Origin: Chlorokybus atmophyticus
Taxonomy: Eukaryota > Plantae > Mesostigma and Chlorokybus algae
Length of the DNA: 64,000 nt
Direction: 5' to 3'
Assembly (NCBI GenBank): GCA_009103225.1
Contig: RHPI01000773.1
Coordinates: forward strand, 20,955-84,954
Positions 57,157 to 64,000 of this stretch are shown in pieces. Made by a program: the position numbers and the translations under genes. How positions within the stretch are numbered: position 1 is the stretch's first letter; each line of letters opens with the position of its first letter. The notes under the pieces were generated by a model. That model was given only the letters and a program-made list of their open reading frames with translations. It was not told the DNA's origin and made no database searches.

Positions 57157-58218
57157 ATGGTAAGTGTCCCTGCTTGTTAGAGAGAGACTTTTCCTCCCCG
57201 TCCATGACGTCGTCGACCGCCATGAGCAGGCCGACGACGCCGACCTGGAGTCCATCCGCCAGCGTCGCATGGCGGAGCTCATGGCCCAGCGGGCTCGACA
57301 GGGAGGAGGAGCGGGGGGCGCGGGCGGTTCCGCCCTGGCAGACACAGACGACAACGGGAGGGGACAGGCGGAGGCGGAAGCAGCGAGAAAGGCGTGAGTC
57401 TGTTTTGTGGCTGTGTTTATGGCAGTGCTGGTTGTGATGACAGTTATGGTGTTGCTGTTGTATTGGTGTTTCTGGCAGTGGTGGTGATTGTGATTATTGT
57501 ATTGTGTCGTTACTTGTGTCTGTGTGTGAGTTGTGGCACTTTTTTTTTTTTTCAATAACACACGAGTGCATGCACGAACCTGTGTTGATGTCTTCGACCA
57601 CCCAATGAGCACCTTGCCGCGCGCAGTGAGGCGGATGATAGGCGGCAGATGATGCTCATGCAGCTGCTCACACCCGACGCCCGAGAACGATGTGAGCAAT
57701 CTGCATGTGTTTGTGTTGACATTGTTGTTTCAGGATGATGCCTATCCCAGGGCGCTTTCATCTTGTCCTGTGTTTGTCATAATGTGACACATGCTTACGA
57801 CTGGTTGTGGTTCGTTGTGTTGTGCATGCAGTGCATCGCATAGCGTTGGTGAAGGCGGACAAAGCGCGCGGGGTGGAGGACATACTCATACGCGCTGCGC
57901 AGCAAGGCCAAATCACTGAGAAGGTGCAACACAGAGGCCAGCCAACAAACAAATACATACTTGCAATGGTTTGTGACCATCATTTTGCTACGGCATAATA
58001 CCACCTGCGTGTGTGTATCAGGTCACCGAGGACCGGCTCATATCAATGCTGGAGCAGATTTCAGAACGATCGCAGGCCAAAACCAAAGTCACGGTGAGTG
58101 CTATCAACCCATGATATCGATAACAACTTGCCATCCATGCTGTCGTATTCCTCCCACTTATGTACTGGTGTGTTTGCCAATGCAGATACAAAGGCGGAGA
58201 GGCTTTGATGATGACTAG
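57157..58218 (+). CDS. PDCD5: Programmed cell death protein 5 (dsDNA-binding family), 6 exons
   Basis: M | ADDADLESIRQRRMAELMAQ... | EADDRRQMMLMQLLTPDARER | LHRIALVKADKARGVEDILIRAAQQGQITEK | VTEDRLISMLEQIS...TKVT | IQRRRGFDDD*. Confidence 0.95.
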
Positions 58219-58964
58219 CGCGAGAGGGGGTAGTAATATCAGCTTTATCCAGCTGTACAGCGTTTCTTGTGACACAACACGACACAAGTGGCAACGGGCC
58301 TGTGTATGTACTGAAATTTTGCACGTGCGCTCATGCAAGATAGTGCATGACGCACGACCAACATGCTTCCCATTGCAACACCCACCCACACCACACGCAC
58401 ACTCAGCTAACTCGCCCAGTTGCCCTCGTATTCTTTGCACACATACGCCACCACAAGGCTAAGTCTTGATTCTGTTGTTCACCCTTACCTCCCTCTCTAC
58501 CACTCACCCTACTGTCATCACTGCCCCACCCTGTCATTCAGTCATGCATGCATGCACATACAGTAGTTACCTGCACAACGTGCTTTCACTTGGTTGGTGT
58601 CGATGTAGCAGCACAGCAGCGGTAGCAGTCACAACAGCAGCAGCCAATCCCACGTCCTCCGCCACTGTCTCTTTCTCGACCCCGCCTTTCACTTCACCAA
58701 CCCCTTCCCCACTCTCACGTCATCGCTATCCACGTCAGCAGAGCTGCGCGCAGTGCCAGCATGTGTGCATAGGTATGCAGAATGCAATGCACTGCGTTGA
58801 GCGTGTGTACTTCAAACCAAAATTGCTTCACTGCAAGTGTGTCACAATCACCACTGTACAACTAACTCGGTCTAATGCCTACCGATCAACCTATGACAAA
58901 CCTATGATCAACCTATACCAACCGCTAACCCGCTCGGCCTGACTACTTGATGCGCGCGATGTTA

Positions 58965-61760
58965 TCACGCTCTGAACATGTTGGGGCTCAGGTCCTTTTT
59001 GTAAGGCAGGCCGGGCCGTGCACCCAACGCCATACAGTTGCGGGCAGCCTGCAAACAGAAAACAGTATATGGGTTCCATGACAGGTTACTGCACTTGAAC
59101 TATGTCACACATGCGCACACACACGCGCGCGCGCGCGCGCACGCACACAGTGTTCCCGACTGTGCACTTACCACAGTGGTGGCCAGGCTCATGATCTTCT
59201 TGTTGCTCAAACCCGTTGCAAGGCCTGAAAACAGGGTTGAGATAGCACATACACACAACTTCTGTGACAAAGACATGCTGTTGTGCCCTCGCGTACCGTA
59301 AAGCACGGCTCCGATGAAAGCGTCGCCCGCGCCCGTCGTGTCCACAACATCCTTCTGTGTCAGCGGCACGGCCGGTGCGTACAAAAAGCGCCCGTCAACC
59401 TATGCGCAGGACATATTAGCTCCGTTTACTGCATGCACATCTGTGTGAAGGATGGATGCTGGAAGCCCACCCAACATGGTTAGTGTCACGCACCTTGACG
59501 TCATCGGAGCCCTCGAGCATAGACAGCAAATCGTTCGGGCGGGTGAAGCATGCGGGAGGGGTCGCCATCACAAGCACACCTGTATTGGGTGTTGTGGTTT
59601 GCATGTGTGCAAGTGTACTGGCCATCCCGTCTCATTGCGGCACAGCATGTTACAACACACGCGTGCACAGCTGCGCACTCGACACAACATGATGTACTTG
59701 TGTGCGTGCCCACAAGTACACAACATGCACACCGACACGCACGGGCACATGTATGTGTGTGCGTGCATGCACGCGCACGCGTGTGCGACACAAACACGCA
59801 CCAACACATGCGCTCGCGCACACCCACCTTGGTTGAGTCCGATGTAGCTCGCTGTTGTCCCCCTTCCCGCCACGGCCGGCACGCGCTCGTGCTTGCCCGC
59901 CTCCATCAGCTTCGACACCGTGCTGGCAGCGGGGGACTCCTTCAGGGAGGAAGCGCCATCGCCAGCTGCACGCGCACCGGGCTGGTTATTGTTTGTTCGT
60001 GTTGAGTGCGTGTGTTTGTCATCGTCTTTACCTCGTTCGAGCATGACGGCGCCCTGGTCGCCCAACGTGCTGACGATGAACTTGGCGTGGGGGAGCTTGC
60101 CCGCCATCGCTAGCAGCGCGTCGCCCAACGCGGAAGCGTTGGTCCACGCCTGCGCGACATGTGTGTGTGTGGGGGTATGCAGCGCACACACATAACATAC
60201 GACATGCACACATTAACCAGCACAGGAGTACATATGCACATGCCTCTGAACATGTGTGCGTGTGTAAATGTGTGCGCACCACAAGTGGATGCGTCATTAT
60301 CAGACGCACGTATGGTAAGAGTGTTAAACACTGTCATTGGTTGGGTGTGCGCGTGCCACACGCATGCGTACCACATAGTTGGATCAATGTTACCCACCTC
60401 AGGGAAGGTCTTGGACGTGATGACGTAGTCCGCAAACCCAAGCAGGTCGTTCAGACCCTCGCGCGGGCGCTCGGCCTCAACCACTATAGGCAGCCCGCGC
60501 GCATTTGCCTGCAATGAGAGTATATACCACATCAACCGACCACACACCCGCGCGCGCGCGCACACGCACACAGTCAACCCACCTCTATGGCGAGCTTCAG
60601 TGCACACTCTGGCAGTCGTCCATCAAAGTACACCAGCTTCGCGTCCTCGAGCGCCCTATCCATCAAACCCTCGCTCATCTCAGACAGCTTCAAGGGTGGG
60701 GTGCCCGGCTGATGGATGCACGTCCTCGTCTTACTGTACAAGGAGATGATAATTAGTGTTGCTGTTGTGGTGTGTGTGTGTGTGTGGGTGTGTGGGGGTG
60801 GGGNNNNNNNNNNNNNNNNNNNNNNNNNNNNNNNNNNNNNNNNNNNNNNNNNNNNNNNNNNNNNNNNNNNNNNNNNNNNNNNNNNNNNNNNNNNNNNNNN
60901 NNNNNNNNNGGGGGGGGGGGGGGGGGGATGTAAGTACGTGTCCTGGTCGACGATGATGTAGGTGAAGGGGGAGCGACCGCCCTTTGACACGACGGCGCAG
61001 GAGGTGTTGACGCCCTCGCGCTCAAAGTCAGAAAGCATATCGTCACCCATCGCGTCATCCGCCAACTGTCATGCCTCGTGTGATCAGATCACACACACAC
61101 ACAGACAACGACTTTGCGTGTGCATGTGTGTGTGCGCGCGCACATGCGTGTGCGGGTGAGGGTGGTTGGGTTGTTGTCGTTGGTGTGATCTCGCATGCAT
61201 GCATGCGTTGCCAACGTTTACCTTGGTGATGATATAGGGCGCCAGGCCCAGACGCGCTGCGGCCGTCAGCGCGTTGCCCACGTTGCCGCCACCGAGTATC
61301 TGATCACGTTCACATGCACACATGTTTGATGATGCTGACGCCGATGATGATGGTGATGAAGAGCAGGGTAAGGATGATATGATATCTGTTTGATTCTCAC
61401 TTTCAGGTCTTCTGAGCGGATCTTGTCGTCAGGGAGGGGGTACTTCTTGACTGTGGCGACATAGTCGATGCCGGCACCGCCTATACCGACCTGCGAAGCG
61501 TACCCATAGCATCACACATGCATGTCGACAATAACAAACATGATACCACCACCACATCAACACCAAGGAGGACATGCATGCCCAACCACCTCACTTACCA
61601 CTTTGGGCTTGCCGGCATCAGCCATCGCCTGCACGCGCAACGCCCGCCGAGGATAGCTGCCTGTCCTCTTGCTGCCGGACTTGCTCTTCAGCCCCAGCAG
61701 CGCCGGGGACGGCGCCAACACCGCCAACGACACCGCCGCCGCCGCCGCCATGTTGAACAT
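58965..61760 (-). CDS. pfkB-family carbohydrate kinase with probable plastid transit peptide, multi-exon
   Basis: Ala/Ser/Arg-rich N-terminus; GIDYVATV...PDDKIRS; GGGNVGNALTAAARLG; SPFTYIIVD; VYFDGRL; VEAERPREGL; IVSTLGDQGAVML; VVDTTGAGDAFIGAVLYG (pfkB signature 2); AARNCMALGARPGLP. Confidence 0.93.
60804..60909. other. Assembly gap (Ns) within a pfkB intron
   Basis: Run of N between G-runs. Confidence 1.
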
Positions 61761-61950
61761 GCACAGCTACGACAAAACAACAACAAACTTCAGCTAAGAC
61801 AGGCGCAATCATACGGTATTATTGGACCGATCTCCGATGACGCTGATTTGGCGGGATTCAGGCCCTGTGCGTAACGGAAGCACGTAACGAACGCGTTGCG
61901 TAAGTGTGATTGTGGTAACAGCGTAACAGAAACCAATTCGATGCGTTTTG

Positions 61951-61975
61951 AACCCTAACCCTAACCCTAACCCTA
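61951..61975 (+). promoter_or_regulatory. Interstitial telomeric repeat / telo-box-like element (AACCCT)x4 in divergent promoter
   Basis: aaccctaaccctaaccctaacccta, located between the starts of pfkB (-) and the downstream gene (+). Confidence 0.7.
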
Positions 61976-62114
61976 CTTCGCTTGCTCAGCTGGATGCGTG
62001 GCGTGACGTTTGAGGCGGCGGCGGCGGAGCAGCAGGAGCAGGAGGAGGAGGAGGAGGAGGAGGAGGGGTACGGAGAAGCTGGTGTGAGGCATCGTGGTCT
62101 GTCAGTGGAATTGG

Positions 62115-63605
62115 ATGGCGAGCGAGCTGTCAAAGCTCATTGAAGACGAGATCCATGTACGCATGGTTATATGATGGTTAAATGGTTGGTTGGTTTGCTG
62201 GGTGTTGGGGCTCTTAGGCAGCTTGTTCCGAATGTCGGCTCTGCTCAACACGCAGACGCATTTGCATGTGGGTGCTTGAAGGCACTAAGAAGTGCGTACG
62301 GCATTGCGCTGTTGCCCCACCGCAAGATGTGCCCTACATGCGGTGTTATGCTTGCCTCTGAGTGTTGCTGCAAGCTGTCAGCTGTGCATATGCAACGATT
62401 GAAAAATATATACAACAATTATAAACAGCATGCCCCTCAGCGCGGCGGTGGTTGGTAGGGCTGCGAGTGAGACAGCATAGTGTTGGTTGATGCTTTCCGG
62501 CATTTGTGTTGTTCAGCACCGTAGCAACTGCGTAAGCTTCCTGGCAGGCCAGCTGAGTGTTAACATACGCGTTTTGTTTAAGCCCTTCAATGCGTGCATT
62601 GCAGTTATGTCGTCTGCATTTTGTGCTACGTCCTGGCGAGAGGCGTGTATTCGTGTTCATGCTGCCAGCTTAAGCTAATATCACACCGTAGCAACATGCT
62701 TTGCTGCATGGCAAATGCAAGCATGAAAGAAGTTTTGTGTCTTTGCATTCTCTGATTACAACATGGTGCAGTCGACTTTGGTTGTGAGTGCTGGTTGGTT
62801 TATGTCAATCTCATTTGTGAGGCGGATCATGTTCGCAGCGCGTTGGAGCCAATGGCGATGACAAGAAGAAGAGCAAGAGCGCCCAGCCTAAGATAAAGCG
62901 TGGCTTTGTGGCGCTTGATGTCGAGGGAGACGCTGCCCCCAGCCGCACCCTTGGAGAGGTGAGCTGCACGCTGCGTGCGTGGGTGCGAGCATGCCATGCA
63001 TGTATACACACTTGCGCATATGTGCGAGTGATCATGTGTGCATGCTTGCGCAGACGCGCACGTATGTAAGTGTGTGTGTACGACGAAACGCACATTGCGC
63101 TTGTGTGTGGGTTGATGGTTATAGGGTGTGTTTGGGTTTGCGTGAAACACCCCACATGCATGCACGCACACACACGTGCGCACGCATGCGTGTTTGCGTG
63201 TGTGCGAGCATGTACATGCGCATGCACACCCACATCCCCATCTCACAGGTCGCTCCCCGACGCGTGCGCTGCGTGGTCTGCGCGGTGGTGGTGGCCGTCC
63301 TGGCAGCGATATTCCTGCTGAGCCTAGTATTCGGCGTGACGCCCGCCGCCACGCCGCCAGCCCTCGCACCGTCCTCACCACCACCACCACCCTTCACGCC
63401 CGCAGCCACGCCGTCCCCCGCACCAGCAGCCTCATCACAACCACCAACACCCGGCCCTGAGAGCTCCTCCCCCTTACCCGCACCCGCACCCGCACCCGCT
63501 CCAGCTCCCGCACCCGCTCCAGCTCCCGCACCCGCTCCCACGCCATCAGCTCCTCCTCCTCCTTCAGAAGGGAGAAGATTGCGCAGCTTGTTGCATGTAG
63601 CATAG
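62115..63605 (+). CDS. Putative single-pass membrane protein with Pro/Ala-rich (AP)n arabinogalactan-protein-like ectodomain, 3 exons
   Basis: Exons 62115-62156, 62839-62958 and 63249-63605 join in frame: MASELSKLIEDEIH | RVGANGDDKKK...RTLGE | VAPRRVRC-VVCAVVVAVLAAIFLLSLVFGV-TPAATPP...PAPAPAPAPAPAPAPAPAPAPTPS...RRLRSLLHVA*. Confidence 0.65.
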
Positions 63606-64000
63606 CACCTCCTTGTGACTATACCAACCCGCTCCCGCCCATGCATGTGTGCTGTAGTTATAGCGAGTGCGTGCGTACACAGTACCCTACCTAGTAGTAG
63701 CGTATAGCGTAACCCCCTCTGTTTGAAGTTTTTGCAATGTAGCTTGTAGCTTCCCGTGCTAGTGTTGTTTGCTGGGCCGGTAAACGGCCTTGCATCTGAA
63801 CCAGTGGCCATGTAAGGTATAACATTGCATGCAATTGGGCTATGCTGCAACGCTCAAGCACACTACCAAGCATCAGAGCAGGCCAACTCTCAACATCACC
63901 ACCTACTACACTGCGCACGTACATGAAATGCAGCAGCAGGTGGGCTGCAGCGGGGTGCAAGGAAAGGGGAGGAGGGGACAGGGTAACCACCTGCACTAGG

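Overview
Eukaryotic nuclear DNA: intron-rich, about 50% GC, standard genetic code, with assembly N-gaps. The plant-type housekeeping genes together with a flagellar N-DRC gene point to a green alga with a flagellate stage, possibly an early-diverging streptophyte (inference). Left third: (i) a young, apparently intact Ty3/Gypsy chromovirus (1-5642, minus strand) with a GGGAAAC -1 frameshift signal and hairpin; (ii) a decayed, intron-containing Academ(X)-like DNA transposase gene (DDE + XPG/H3TH + Cys8 finger, about 6.3-13.4 kb); (iii) host genes for soluble pyrophosphatase, a CofD/YvcK-family protein and peroxisomal 3-ketoacyl-CoA thiolase. Middle: an older full-length Gypsy element (23483-32425, TSD GTATA). 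Its pol begins with an extra ~140-aa domain resembling a degenerate N6-adenine methyltransferase fold. Its integrase is interrupted by a 1.7-kb non-autonomous CACAC...GTGTG TIR element (TSD TAG) that carries a tRNA-derived segment. Right half: a disordered, putatively acylated protein; TilS; a single LRR-Kelch-DRC7(CCDC135) gene; an AT-richer intergenic stretch ending in a tandem array of long hairpins; an LRR protein; PDCD5; a pfkB kinase; a telomere-repeat box; and an AGP-like membrane protein. Exon boundaries were inferred by eye from GT/AG signals and protein-family motifs. No database searches were run.
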